64,000 bases of DNA, taken from positions 5,290 to 69,289 of IMG/VR virus record IMGVR_UViG_3300021139_000007; one strand, written 5' to 3'. The notes beneath the pieces were generated by a model, which made no database searches, was not told the origin of the DNA, and saw only the letters and a list, made by a program, of their open reading frames with translations. This document shows positions 1 through 9,696 of this stretch, piece by piece. The position numbers were made by a program, and so were the translations under genes. The first letter of the stretch is position 1. Each line of letters starts with the position of its first letter. Origin of the DNA: a virus.

Positions 1-5
1 ATCAA

Positions 6-494
6 TCATACGTTATCAATTTTAATAGGTATAGGTTCACCAAAAATATTCTTAGGTGAAAGTAATTCAATCTTCTTTTTCATAGCTGCTATTTCAAATT
101 CTTGTGACTTAACTTTTAATCTAAGTACTTTTATTTCTTCTATTGCAGTATCGTACATCTTTCCCATTTGTTCCATTAAATTATCAGGAGATTCATTAAG
201 TTCAAGTGAGTTAAATAAATACGTTAAATCATTCACCGTTTTAACGTCTTGTCTATCAAGATATTTTTTAACATTTTTTATATGATTAAATACTGTTGAA
301 TGGTCTCTCCCACCCATTGACTTACCTAAACTTGCTGCTGAAAACTTATAGTATATATTACCAATGTAGGAAATATAACTCCTTATAATAACCAATTCAT
401 CTTTTCTACATTCACTCTTAATTGATTTAATATCTGCATTTATTAACTCGCATATCTCAATCAATAATGCTTCGGGTGTTGTGATTATTTTCAT
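6..494 (-). CDS. DnaA C-terminal (domain IV) HTH-like protein with coiled-coil tail
   Basis: SLGKSMGGRDHSTVFNH resembles the DnaA domain IV signature IGxxFGGRDHTTVxH; no AAA+ domain. Confidence 0.75.
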   Translation of the reverse strand: MKIITTPEALLIEICELINADIKSIKSECRKDELVIIRSYISYIGNIYYKFSAASLGKSMGGRDHSTVFNHIKNVKKYLDRQDVKTVNDLTYLFNSLELNESPDNLMEQMGKMYDTAIEEIKVLRLKVKSQEFEIAAMKKKIELLSPKNIFGEPIPIKIDNV

Positions 495-1129
495 TTCTCA
501 AAATTTAAGTGATACTTACTTTCTTGTACTCCTTCCTGTCCTTGATATTTATCGTTTGAACCTTCGCCGTATGCCACATTAACATCACCTTCAACACGAT
601 AAAAAATTAATTGACATATTGGGATATTAGGGTAAATTCTTATAGGTTCTTGACAAGTAACTTCAAGCACAATTTTTCCTTTAAATTTCGGGTCTATAAA
701 ACCCGCAGTCTCATGTATCTTAACAAAGTACCTACCTAATGATGATTTGCCATCTACCCTAGCTGCAAGATTGCGACCTATTGTGATAGTCTCATTACAG
801 GCGAATAGATAACCTTTGTTTGGAATAAGTACAAAGCCTTTATCACCTATTGTAAACTCGTTGTATTCTTGGTTAGGGTTCTTGAGGTCTAGGCAGTCGT
901 AATAAAAATAACTATCACTTCTACCGTTTTGGAAATATAACTTTCCATAAACAACCCAATCAGGAAGTAAATTGAAATGCTTTACTATTACTTCCTTTCT
1001 CTTAAACGTCTTACAACTTGCCCCTAATGTCAAATCTACACTAGCAGGATTAACCTTGTAAGTGTTCGGTGTTATTACTATATTCCCTGCCTTCATTTCG
1101 TGCAGGATTGCGCTGTCTGATAGTATCAT
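491..1129 (-). CDS. dcd: dCTP deaminase
   Basis: MILSD start, NPASVDLTLG, GKSSLGR, TAGFIDPxFxG, ICQLIF, KYQGQ motifs. Confidence 0.9.
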   Translation of the reverse strand: MILSDSAILHEMKAGNIVITPNTYKVNPASVDLTLGASCKTFKRKEVIVKHFNLLPDWVVYGKLYFQNGRSDSYFYYDCLDLKNPNQEYNEFTIGDKGFVLIPNKGYLFACNETITIGRNLAARVDGKSSLGRYFVKIHETAGFIDPKFKGKIVLEVTCQEPIRIYPNIPICQLIFYRVEGDVNVAYGEGSNDKYQGQEGVQESKYHLNFEK

Positions 1130-1141
1130 AATCTGTTTTTT

Positions 1142-1516
1142 TTAGCTTTGAAATAAAGGTATTTGAACCAATCCTCCTAAGTTTTTATTGTTGAAAGTAG
1201 GTGCAATAGATGTCTTTTCAACTTTGGATTCAGGTAATGTTATCCCAACTAAAGCCCTATGAACAAAAGCGTTTCTCCCTGATGGAGTTTTTCTTTTTTT
1301 ATTTAATCTTTCTATCAATCCTTCGTTAATCATTTCCAACAACCGTCTTGAAATTTGGTTGTGTTCCATCCCTGCTTTTGAAGCTATTTCAGTATAAATC
1401 CCCTCACCTAAAATATTCAATGCTGCAAGTATCTTTTGAAAGTGTATTACTCTCATTTCTTTAGTCATTTCCCTATTTGCTTCTTTAGATGTTTCGGGGT
1501 TATTTCTCTTTCCCAT
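1142..1516 (-). CDS. winged-helix DNA-binding protein
   Basis: EIASKAGMEHNQISRRLLEM..GLIER..RKTPSGR wHTH pattern. Confidence 0.6.
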   Translation of the reverse strand: MGKRNNPETSKEANREMTKEMRVIHFQKILAALNILGEGIYTEIASKAGMEHNQISRRLLEMINEGLIERLNKKRKTPSGRNAFVHRALVGITLPESKVEKTSIAPTFNNKNLGGLVQIPLFQS

Positions 1517-1527
1517 TTTCTTTAATT

Positions 1528-1749
1528 TTAGTGTTCATAAATTTGCTTCTCTGCATTCAAGTAATAAGGTATATTCCCATTTGTAAAATAAAACTCTTTG
1601 TCTTTTCCTGACCTATCTTTACCTAAGTAAACAAAGGCTTTTTCTGACATCTTTAATCCTTTTGAATTTGTTTCTGTTTCCCTTTTAAAAACTAATTTCT
1701 GTTTGTTGTAAATTATAACTAATGGAGTTATTGTTTTTTCATTTTCCAT
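1528..1749 (-). CDS. hypothetical protein
   Basis: 73-aa ORF in a tightly packed leftward operon. Confidence 0.6.
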   Translation of the reverse strand: MENEKTITPLVIIYNKQKLVFKRETETNSKGLKMSEKAFVYLGKDRSGKDKEFYFTNGNIPYYLNAEKQIYEH

Positions 1750-1768
1750 AAACTTAATTTAAGGCTTA

Positions 1769-1830
1769 AATTTGGAACTTAATACACTAAGTAATACAAA
1801 CACTCATTTTAGGTATTAAGTTCCGAAATT
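1769..1830. repeat. intergenic inverted repeat (hairpin)
   Basis: ggaacttaatac (1774-1785) / gtattaagttcc (1813-1824), perfect 12-bp arms, imperfectly extendable. Confidence 0.6.
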
Positions 1831-1836
1831 CGTTTA

Positions 1837-2148
1837 TCAGAAAGGCAAATCTGAACAATCTAAATCATTTGTGTCTTGCTGACTTAATGGTTCTCCACTA
1901 AAGTTATTTTGATTTGGTTTTATTTTCCCATTACCAAAATACACTTTGCCTTCTGAATCTGATTTTTCTTTTGTGCTATTAAGCTGCAAACTAAAATCTT
2001 TAAAGTCATCTTTGTTGTCATTACACCACCCTGTAAAATTGCAGTATATTTTACCATTACCTGCCTTACTAAAAGCACTATGACCTGCTTTTGCTTCTTT
2101 TAATAAATCGGTCAAACATATCGACCCGTTAATTCTAATTCTCTCCAT
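1837..2148 (-). CDS. putative ssDNA-binding protein
   Basis: small beta-rich protein with acidic tail ending DLPF, located in the replication operon. Confidence 0.55.
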   Translation of the reverse strand: MERIRINGSICLTDLLKEAKAGHSAFSKAGNGKIYCNFTGWCNDNKDDFKDFSLQLNSTKEKSDSEGKVYFGNGKIKPNQNNFSGEPLSQQDTNDLDCSDLPF

Positions 2149-2177
2149 CTTGTTTTATTTGTTTAATTGTTAAAAAA

Positions 2178-2411
2178 CTATTTTTTATTAGGGATATTCT
2201 TTCTTATTTCTTCAATAAAATCATGTGCTTGTAAATCTGAATCAAAAATCCCAATCAAAGCCCAATCATCTTCAATTGTTTTGATTGTTAATGTTTGAAA
2301 GTTTGTTATAATGTAATCTCTTACTTGTTCTATATGAAAACAATTTTGAGTTACTGAATAAAGGGCTACTGACTTACCCCCTATTTCTTTTTTTACAAAT
2401 TCTAAATTCAT
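2178..2411 (-). CDS. hypothetical protein
   Basis: 77-aa ORF, co-oriented with neighbours. Confidence 0.55.
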   Translation of the reverse strand: MNLEFVKKEIGGKSVALYSVTQNCFHIEQVRDYIITNFQTLTIKTIEDDWALIGIFDSDLQAHDFIEEIRKNIPNKK

Positions 2412-2430
2412 TTTTATTTATTTTAAATTA

Positions 2431-4311
2431 TTAAAAAGGGGCTTCTTCGTTATCGTTATACAATTCACTTTGAAATCCTATTTGACTTACATTGGAATGT
2501 TTTTCATTTTTTACATAAGGCAATCCTCCTTCTTTTTCTGAACAAGTTAAATAGTTATATTGTCTTGTCATTGTGTCAAACGTAAAACTTACCCATCCTT
2601 CCTTACCTTGTTCACTAAATCTAATTTTATCAATATAAACATCTACAATTTTCGTTTCTCTATTTCTTATTATAACCCAACCATTATCAGTTTGATTGTA
2701 AAAGTTTGCAGAACCTGATGCGTTGTATAATGTTAATCTTTGTGATGTGTCTGAATTGTTTTTCGATGAACCTCCTTGCGGTTTTGTCGGATGTACTACT
2801 AAAAAAATGTGTAGATTAAATCTCTTAGCAAATGCAGTAAGTTTTGTCATAAAATGGTTTACATAATTAGTTTCTGTAATCCCATGTGGCATTTGGTGTA
2901 ATATCTTGTTATAAGGGTCAATTATAACACCTTTTATACCGTATTTATTAACTAATTCCTCTAACTTTTTTAATATACCATCTAAAGAAATATCTATTTT
3001 ACTTGTATCTAAAAGTTTGAATTTGTCAAATAATTCAATACTACATAAATCTAATAAATGCTTTGGTATTCTATGACTTGCATCCTTCCTAAATCCAAAT
3101 GCTTTACCAATAATTTTTTCAGACAATTTAGCATCGTGTAATTCTGTTGGCTGATTTTCAAAACTCAAAACTCCAAATCTCCAATTTTCTCTTACAGCTA
3201 AACTTGCAGCAACGTAATCCAAAAATTCACTTTTACCACTTGAAGGTGGTGCTGTTATTAGTGTAACTAATCCACCTTGAAAACGAATGTAATTATCAAA
3301 TCCTTGTATTCCACAAGGAGTGCCAGAAGGTATCCCATTTTCATATAAATCAAAAAGCCTGTCTTTACGTTCATTTTCGGAAATTAAACCTTCTATTGGT
3401 ACTTGTGTAGCATTTAATACTATTTCAGCCAATTTTGACGCACCTAATTTAACGAGAACATCATTTGCATCCTTACAATGAGTATCTAAGTTATTGAAAT
3501 CAACAACCCAACACCTATCTACACCAAACCTAAACATTAATTCATCTTTAAGTTTTCTTCCTGCTTCATCGTTATCTGTGGCAATTATTATTTTTTCTTT
3601 ATTTAAAAAATATTCATAACAATTATCAACATACTTCAAATTACTATTTGCACCATTAGGTACGCTTACGCAATTATGAATACCTGCTTCATACATACTA
3701 AGACAATCTATTTCACCTTCTACAATAACACATTCTTTAGTATCTTTTATTGCATCTAAATTATAAAATATTAATTCGGCATCTTTTTCAAGTTTCATAT
3801 CCTTATTTGCACCACGAAACTTTATATTTATTATTTCGCCATCTCTCATGTAATTGAAACATAAAACCTTTATTTCCTTTTTTGATTTTGGCATATACTC
3901 TAAAGATTCAGTTACATTAAATCGAAGTAAAGTGTTGTTAGATATTTTTCTTACATTCTCAAAATTTTCTAAAAAAGGTTTAGATAATTTTTCAAGTCTT
4001 GGAATAGGCATTTTTATTTCCTTTGATTCACCCTCTAATTGAAAATTTGAATATTCAGCAACTTTTTTTACAGCATCAATAAAACCTAAATTTTCAGCAT
4101 AAGCAACAAAGTCTATTGCATCTCCTGATTTTCCACAACCAAAACACTTAAATCTATTTTTACTTGGCTGTAAATGCAATGAATCTGATTTCTCATTATG
4201 AAAAATACAACTTGTAACATAATTTGAACCTTGCTTTTTAAATTTTGTGTATCTATTGGCAATGTCAACAATATTTACTTCACTTTTTAATCTATCTAAA
4301 TTGGTAAACAT
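2431..4311 (-). CDS. bifunctional DNA primase-helicase (CHC2 zinc finger, TOPRIM, DnaB/Twinkle-type helicase)
   Basis: CIFH..CFGC zinc finger; IVEGEIDCLS and DNDEAG TOPRIM motifs; APPSSGKS Walker A; IIDPYN; VVHPTK. Confidence 0.92.
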   Translation of the reverse strand: MFTNLDRLKSEVNIVDIANRYTKFKKQGSNYVTSCIFHNEKSDSLHLQPSKNRFKCFGCGKSGDAIDFVAYAENLGFIDAVKKVAEYSNFQLEGESKEIKMPIPRLEKLSKPFLENFENVRKISNNTLLRFNVTESLEYMPKSKKEIKVLCFNYMRDGEIINIKFRGANKDMKLEKDAELIFYNLDAIKDTKECVIVEGEIDCLSMYEAGIHNCVSVPNGANSNLKYVDNCYEYFLNKEKIIIATDNDEAGRKLKDELMFRFGVDRCWVVDFNNLDTHCKDANDVLVKLGASKLAEIVLNATQVPIEGLISENERKDRLFDLYENGIPSGTPCGIQGFDNYIRFQGGLVTLITAPPSSGKSEFLDYVAASLAVRENWRFGVLSFENQPTELHDAKLSEKIIGKAFGFRKDASHRIPKHLLDLCSIELFDKFKLLDTSKIDISLDGILKKLEELVNKYGIKGVIIDPYNKILHQMPHGITETNYVNHFMTKLTAFAKRFNLHIFLVVHPTKPQGGSSKNNSDTSQRLTLYNASGSANFYNQTDNGWVIIRNRETKIVDVYIDKIRFSEQGKEGWVSFTFDTMTRQYNYLTCSEKEGGLPYVKNEKHSNVSQIGFQSELYNDNEEAPF

Positions 4312-4329
4312 TAAATTAAATTTATTTTT

Positions 4330-5184
4330 TTAATAATCGTCATCTATTTTACCTTCTTGAAGTAGTTTAAAAAATTCTTCTCTAGTTGAAGCTAAATGAC
4401 CATAACGTTCTTGCCAATACTCTTTTACACCTTCTTCGTAAACAACAGGTTTTGTAATTACCTTATTTGTTACTACATTTTTATTTGATGTTATTATTTC
4501 ATCATTAAATGATTTATTATTGAGGTATGTACTAGGGTCTTTTCTATAAATTTTATCAGGTTGTGCAATTTTATAATCAGGTATATGCTTTATAGCTAAC
4601 TCCCTTTCATTATCACTAAGAGACTGCCATTTCTTTTTTAACTTACCCTTTTCACCTACTTTTTTATCATACAAATCCCAAAAAACATCAAAAGATATAT
4701 TTATATCATTATCATTTACAGTAACATTTACATTATCATTTACATTAACAGCGACTGAAGCGATACCATCCGATACGGTGCGATTGTTATTATCACTATC
4801 CGATACTGTGCGACGTTTTTTATCGCTATCCGATACGGAATGATTTCTCTTCCTATCAATTATTATATTATCAGCTTCTTCTATTGTGATTTCGTTTGAA
4901 ATAACTTTATCGTATAAGTCTTTATTCCATCTCTTTAGATTACCTAGCTTACCACCATCTGACTTTTGGTTTAACTTCCCTTCCCAATTTCTTAAATCCC
5001 TTTTAAGTTGCTGTTTAATTGGTTCAAAAGCAACTTTTAATAACCTGTCTTCCATTATAGGATTTAAGTCGTTTACATATTGAAGTATATGCTTTATTAA
5101 TCTACCTGCTTCTTCATCGGTAAGTTCATCAAATGTTGTAATAAAATCACAGTAAAGGACAAACGATTTTTTATCTTTAGCCAT
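4330..5184 (-). CDS. phage replication initiator protein (DUF6291-like N-terminus)
   Basis: KKSFVLYCD..LTDEEAGRLIK N-terminus, NVNVND linker, FDVFWDLYDKKVG..PSTYLN C-domain; lies directly upstream of the primase-helicase. Confidence 0.75.
   Translation of the reverse strand: MAKDKKSFVLYCDFITTFDELTDEEAGRLIKHILQYVNDLNPIMEDRLLKVAFEPIKQQLKRDLRNWEGKLNQKSDGGKLGNLKRWNKDLYDKVISNEITIEEADNIIIDRKRNHSVSDSDKKRRTVSDSDNNNRTVSDGIASVAVNVNDNVNVTVNDNDINISFDVFWDLYDKKVGEKGKLKKKWQSLSDNERELAIKHIPDYKIAQPDKIYRKDPSTYLNNKSFNDEIITSNKNVVTNKVITKPVVYEEGVKEYWQERYGHLASTREEFFKLLQEGKIDDDY
4766..4842. repeat. three 30-bp-period repeats, candidate iterons (replication origin)
   Basis: atccgatac at 4768, 4798 and 4828 inside the initiator gene. 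Confidence 0.55.
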
Positions 5185-5216
5185 TTTGAATACTTCTTAA
5201 AATTATTAATATTGAT

Positions 5217-5408
5217 TTAAAAATCAGTTCCAAGTATTTCGTTAATTTTTGTTCTATTTTTTTCAGAAAGTTCACGTTCTTTACTAAATATCAAGGATAT
5301 ATGACTAGGAGAAAATTCTAACTTATCACATAGCCATTGCCTTTTAATACCTCTTTCTTTTAAATACTCGGATATTAAATCCCTTGTGTCTTTTTTTTCT
5401 TTATCCAT
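5217..5408 (-). CDS. XRE/Cro-like HTH regulator (start revised to MDKEKK)
   Basis: YLKERGIKRQWLCDKLEFSPSHISLI HTH; the upstream ATG at 5438 falls within a promoter box. Confidence 0.75.
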   Translation of the reverse strand: MDKEKKDTRDLISEYLKERGIKRQWLCDKLEFSPSHISLIFSKERELSEKNRTKINEILGTDF

Positions 5409-5431
5409 TTTGTTATTTGTTTTTTGAAATG

Positions 5432-5439
5432 CAAACATA
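5432..5439 (-). promoter_or_regulatory. Bacteroidota -7 promoter element (leftward)
   Basis: TATGTTTG on the minus strand matches TAnnTTTG. Confidence 0.6.
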
Positions 5440-5508
5440 GGGAACTTAATCTTACAAAAGAAATTTATTTTTCTGAAATTATTTTTTCTTTATTTCAAAA
5501 TACTTCCA

Positions 5509-5516
5509 TACATTTG
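5509..5516 (+). promoter_or_regulatory. Bacteroidota -7 promoter element (rightward, divergent)
   Basis: TACATTTG 17 nt before the ATG at 5534. Confidence 0.6.
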
Positions 5517-5533
5517 TGCCAAAATAAAAGAAA

Positions 5534-5812
5534 ATGAAAAAAGATATAAGCGAGTTCAATTATATGTGGACTAAAATTGAAAGTAATTTCGATTGGCATA
5601 AAATAAAGTCAGTTATGTTTATTTTAGCTTGGAGTTATGATGAAAACCCAATTACTATACTTAAATTAAAAGAAAAAGCTAAAGATGTTTTACTAGAAGC
5701 CTTTTTTTTGGGAGAAGGTCAAATATCATCAGGTGGTTTTGTGGGTGAATGTACAGGAGAGGGGTTGCATCTTTCTTTTGTTGTAGAGGAAGTTTTTACA
5801 GGGGATTTTTAA
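5534..5812 (+). CDS. hypothetical protein
   Basis: 92-aa ORF after the promoter. Confidence 0.6.
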   Translation: MKKDISEFNYMWTKIESNFDWHKIKSVMFILAWSYDENPITILKLKEKAKDVLLEAFFLGEGQISSGGFVGECTGEGLHLSFVVEEVFTGDF

Positions 5813-5822
5813 ACTAAAAAAT

Positions 5823-6101
5823 ATGACACAAAAAAAAGCACAAGAAATCCCAATTAATCAATTGGAGAAAGACTTAAACACTTTTAAAGAAAAGTTTTAC
5901 AAAAAAAAGAACATAATGGATTACGGTACTTTTTTAGTTTACCATAGAATCCCTAATGGATTAACGACTCAATTAGTAGAAGAAGCTACTAAGTTAATAC
6001 TTACTTCAAAACTTAATTTAAGAGTAAAAAGTAATCGTGATGAAACAGGGAAGTTTGCAGATACTATCATCATCGAAGAAAATACCACAACAAAATGCTA
6101 A
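5823..6101 (+). CDS. hypothetical protein
   Basis: 92-aa ORF in operon. Confidence 0.55.
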   Translation: MTQKKAQEIPINQLEKDLNTFKEKFYKKKNIMDYGTFLVYHRIPNGLTTQLVEEATKLILTSKLNLRVKSNRDETGKFADTIIIEENTTTKC

Positions 6102-6664
6102 GAAATTCCACCATAGTACCCAAGAAAAAGAAATGCAAGTGTGGATGCGGTAAGGAAGGTTATATTTTTTCTCATGGTATGATTAAAGAATGTTATCAAA
6201 GAAAAAATCCCCCAACACCAATAGCTAAATTCTCAAAGAAAAGAGAAGCAGAAGTATTTGGTGAGGGGGAGTGTTTTCAAAATTTAGTAAACGACCTAGA
6301 TGTCCTTACTTCTAAAATTGTAAGAATAAAAAACGCAAGGATTGATGGTCAAGTTTCTTGTTTTGTTTGTGGCGTAGAAAAGCATTGGAAGAATATGCAC
6401 AACTCCCACTACATAGATAGAAAACATTTAGGACTAAGGTTTAGTACCGATAATTGCAAATGCAGTTGTCCTTCATGCAACTTATTACATAATGATAACA
6501 AAAAGCCTTATACTGACAAGTTAGAAGAAGAAAAAAAAGGTATAACTGAATACCTTATCGAACAATCAAGAATCCCCTACAAGTGGACTATTGGAGAGTT
6601 AAAAGAGTTACGGCAGGAGTATCAAAGTCGATTAGTATTTTTAATGTTGAAGTTTAATAAATAA
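6095..6664 (+). CDS. NinG/Rap-like HNH-fold recombination nuclease
   Basis: VRIK..CFVCG..HNSHYIDRK..LRFSTDNC..CPSCN pattern. Confidence 0.7.
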   Translation: MLRNSTIVPKKKKCKCGCGKEGYIFSHGMIKECYQRKNPPTPIAKFSKKREAEVFGEGECFQNLVNDLDVLTSKIVRIKNARIDGQVSCFVCGVEKHWKNMHNSHYIDRKHLGLRFSTDNCKCSCPSCNLLHNDNKKPYTDKLEEEKKGITEYLIEQSRIPYKWTIGELKELRQEYQSRLVFLMLKFNK

Positions 6665-6703
6665 TGGCAATATAAGTATCAAATTAAGAAATATAAATTA
6701 ACG

Positions 6704-6835
6704 ATGTTTAAAAAAATAATAAATAAGATTTTCGGATTTGGTGGTGATGAATTACCAAAAATATGCCCTAATTGTGGTGAAAGAAATTTCATAAGAGGTC
6801 ATTGTCACTCATGCGGGTATGATACTACTTGGTAA
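6704..6835 (+). CDS. 43-aa zinc-ribbon protein (not in ORF track)
   Basis: manual translation MFKKIINKIFGFGGDELPKICPNCGERNFIRGHCHSCGYDTTW*, two CxxC. Confidence 0.5.
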   Translation: MFKKIINKIFGFGGDELPKICPNCGERNFIRGHCHSCGYDTTW

Positions 6836-6893
6836 AAAAATACTAATAATAGATTTTATAAATTAAAATAGTTGAATATTTGAAAATAATTCC

Positions 6894-7021
6894 TATTTTT
6901 GTCCCGCTTATTGATTTTCGTTATGTATAAAATTATTTACTTTATTAGCCCTCGACTTAGATGCGTTCCCCCCTTCATGGCGAAAACGATAAGCCTTCTA
7001 TGTTCGGGGGTTAGTGTTTTT
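6894..7021 (+). promoter_or_regulatory. promoter plus structured leader/attenuator
   Basis: TATTTTTG at 6894; stem 6944-6955/7004-7015 followed by T-run; 6906-6925 complementary to 6976-6994. Confidence 0.55.
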
Positions 7022-7034
7022 TATACTACTACAC

Positions 7035-7982
7035 ATGAGTAAGCAACGATTACTTTTTATAAAACAAGAATGCCTTAGTTACAGTTCAGTAGCTATGCTA
7101 AAGGCATTTCAAGACGTAGGGTATGATGTTCTTGATTTTGATTGGCAAAAGTGTAGGTTTGAAAATGGTATTGAAAAATTAAACGAGGAAGTAATTAGGT
7201 TATCAAAAGGATTTTCCCCTGACGTTACTTTCGTTCATATTCAGTTGCCTAATGTTTTTACTACTGAAACTTTTAAAGCATTAGCAGAAAATAGTTTCGT
7301 AATTAACTTTACAGAAGATGTAAGAGAAGATACAAGTTGGTACGAAGATGCTGCCCCACACATAGGACTTACTGTTTTTACAAACTTAGATGACGTAGAA
7401 AAGTTTAAGTCAAAAGGAATTGACAACGTTACATTCATGCCAACAAGTTACAATGACTTATGGTATAGACCAATGCCTAAAACTGAAAAGTATTATGGTG
7501 ACATTGTTTTTGTCGGTAACAATTACTTAGGTACTAATCATAATTTCCCCAAGTCAAAAGAAAGGTACGACATGGTACAGTATCTTAAAAAAGAATTTGG
7601 AGAAAGATTTCAAGTGTATGGTTTGAATTGGGGTAAAGAAATAAAAATGCTAAACCCCGCACAATCAATAGAAGCATATAACAACGCTAAGATAGTCATT
7701 ACACAAAACAACTTTGAAAGAAAAGGTTATCAATCAGACAGGGCTTTTAATGCTATTGGGTGTGGTGCTTTTGTAATCGCACAGTACTTTGATGGAATAG
7801 AAGAACAATTTGATGGGAAATTATTTTGGTGGGATAACTTCTACAACTTAGCTGACATCTGTAACAACATACTCGATTCCCCTAAATACATAGAAAATGC
7901 TGCTGAAAAAGAAAATGAAGTAGTTGTTAATAATCATAGGTGGGTAAATAGATTTGATTACTTAAAACAGTTTATTAAATGA
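7035..7982 (+). CDS. CgeB-like (GT-B, Glyco_trans_1_2) glycosyltransferase; likely start MSKQRL
   Basis: DIVFVGN, VYGLNW, YNNAKIVI, SDRAFNAIGCGAF, HRWVNR motifs. Confidence 0.8.
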   Translation: MSKQRLLFIKQECLSYSSVAMLKAFQDVGYDVLDFDWQKCRFENGIEKLNEEVIRLSKGFSPDVTFVHIQLPNVFTTETFKALAENSFVINFTEDVREDTSWYEDAAPHIGLTVFTNLDDVEKFKSKGIDNVTFMPTSYNDLWYRPMPKTEKYYGDIVFVGNNYLGTNHNFPKSKERYDMVQYLKKEFGERFQVYGLNWGKEIKMLNPAQSIEAYNNAKIVITQNNFERKGYQSDRAFNAIGCGAFVIAQYFDGIEEQFDGKLFWWDNFYNLADICNNILDSPKYIENAAEKENEVVVNNHRWVNRFDYLKQFIK

Positions 7983-8176
7983 CAGACAGAACAGCAAATA
8001 GTACACCTTGCTACATGGCACACATGATAGATGGAGAAATACCTTATTTTGGTGATTGTGAAGAATCTAAGAAATATGAAGGGAAAGTTTGTGATTGTGG
8101 TAAACTAAAAGTTATTGTAGAATATTGTGGGTGTCCTAGTTGCCCCGAAAAAACTAAATTTGTAGAGAATGATTAA
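7979..8176 (+). CDS. small Cys-rich protein
   Basis: CDCG and CGCPSC; overlaps both neighbours. Confidence 0.5.
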   Translation: MTDRTANSTPCYMAHMIDGEIPYFGDCEESKKYEGKVCDCGKLKVIVEYCGCPSCPEKTKFVEND

Positions 8177-8978
8177 TGGTAATGAGGAATACGATTTACA
8201 GAACGAAAATTTCGATATTTACGTTTCAAATACTTTATCAGAGATGACAGAGTATGAAAGAAATCTATTGCCTACTAAGTTAATGATGAAAATATGTACT
8301 AAGACAGGTAATTTTAATTCTAAGAAAGGGAGTAAAATGACTTTTCTTGAAAAAATGTACGCTTTATGGAAAGCCAAAGGCAGAAGAGTTTATATAGTAG
8401 TTGAAGATGAAGAAAACGGATTGTCTCATCAAGAATTTCAAGAAATAAGAGAAAATATTACGAAATCTAAGAAATTACAAACGAAAACAGAAGACCCTTT
8501 TGAGAAAGCTAAGACAGAAAACTTTTTCGTACTTGGTACGAAAGAATTGTGCGATACTTTTTCGTATATGAACAAAATAAATTGCTCTAATTTTTTTAAT
8601 TATCTTACGAAAACTAAAAATACTAATCCATCTAATATCGCTAAATTTAAAAATGAAGTAAATAGTATCGTTAGATTTATATGGAGATATGAAGCTATAA
8701 AGAAGAAGATGAATATGTCTTTACAGTTGTCAATGCCTGAATTACTTGTTTTATTGTACCTATATGACGGTCAATTAATGAAAAGTAGTACTATACACAA
8801 TACTGTTTTCAAATATACTTATCAATCAAGTGCTACAAAGATGAAAGTAGCATTTAGTAACTTGCAACAAAAAGGATTAATAGTAAAAAGCGGTGTTTTC
8901 TCTAACGCAAAATTAGCTATAACGGAACTTGGTAAAGAAAAAATAAACGAATTGCTTCCGAAAATATTAAATTTTTAA
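8169..8978 (+). CDS. protein with C-terminal MarR-like winged helix
   Basis: LSMPELLVLLYL..LQQKGLIVK..AITELGKEKI. Confidence 0.55.
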   Translation: MINGNEEYDLQNENFDIYVSNTLSEMTEYERNLLPTKLMMKICTKTGNFNSKKGSKMTFLEKMYALWKAKGRRVYIVVEDEENGLSHQEFQEIRENITKSKKLQTKTEDPFEKAKTENFFVLGTKELCDTFSYMNKINCSNFFNYLTKTKNTNPSNIAKFKNEVNSIVRFIWRYEAIKKKMNMSLQLSMPELLVLLYLYDGQLMKSSTIHNTVFKYTYQSSATKMKVAFSNLQQKGLIVKSGVFSNAKLAITELGKEKINELLPKILNF

Positions 8979-9033
8979 CGAAAAAAATTTAGTACCAATA
9001 AATAATACTATTTTTACAAAAGAAATTGGTTAA

Positions 9034-9696
9034 TTGATGAAATTACTTTACAAATTTGCTTCACGTTCAAGACCCGAAAAGTTTTTTAAATGTTTAGATA
9101 ACATTCAATCACTTTCAAGGCATGATGAATATCTTATACTTTGTTCATTAGATAAAGATGACGTAAGTATGAATACACCCGAAGTAATTTCAAAATTAAC
9201 CACATATAAAAAGGTACTACCTATTTGGGGAGAATCTAAAACAAAAACAGAAGCCATAAATCGTGATATAAACCTAATTAATGATTGGGATATTCTACTC
9301 AATCATTCAGATGACATGGTTTTTACTAAAATAGGTTTTGATTTAGATATTATTGAAGCGTTTAAAGACTTCGATGGATTAGTACATTTCCCTGACCAAG
9401 TAGCCAAAGAAAAACTGATTACATACGCTATGATGTCTAAGGAATATTTTAATCAATTTGGTTATATTTATCACCCTTCTTTTATTTCTGTTTATAGCGA
9501 TAATTATCAACAGTACATAGCAAAAAAAACAAATAAATATAAGTTTGTTGATAAGCAAATATTAAGACACGAACACCCTATTTGGGGCTTTGGTATAGCA
9601 GACGAACTTAATAAAAAGACGGAAGATAAGCGCACATACGAATTAGACCGACTTACATTTGAACGATTAAAAAAAGAATTTGATGAAAAAAATTAA
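9034..9696 (+). CDS. GT-A (family 2-like) glycosyltransferase
   Basis: ASRSRPE, AINRD, LNHSDD (DxD-like), YSDN, HEHP. Confidence 0.75.
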   Translation: MMKLLYKFASRSRPEKFFKCLDNIQSLSRHDEYLILCSLDKDDVSMNTPEVISKLTTYKKVLPIWGESKTKTEAINRDINLINDWDILLNHSDDMVFTKIGFDLDIIEAFKDFDGLVHFPDQVAKEKLITYAMMSKEYFNQFGYIYHPSFISVYSDNYQQYIAKKTNKYKFVDKQILRHEHPIWGFGIADELNKKTEDKRTYELDRLTFERLKKEFDEKN

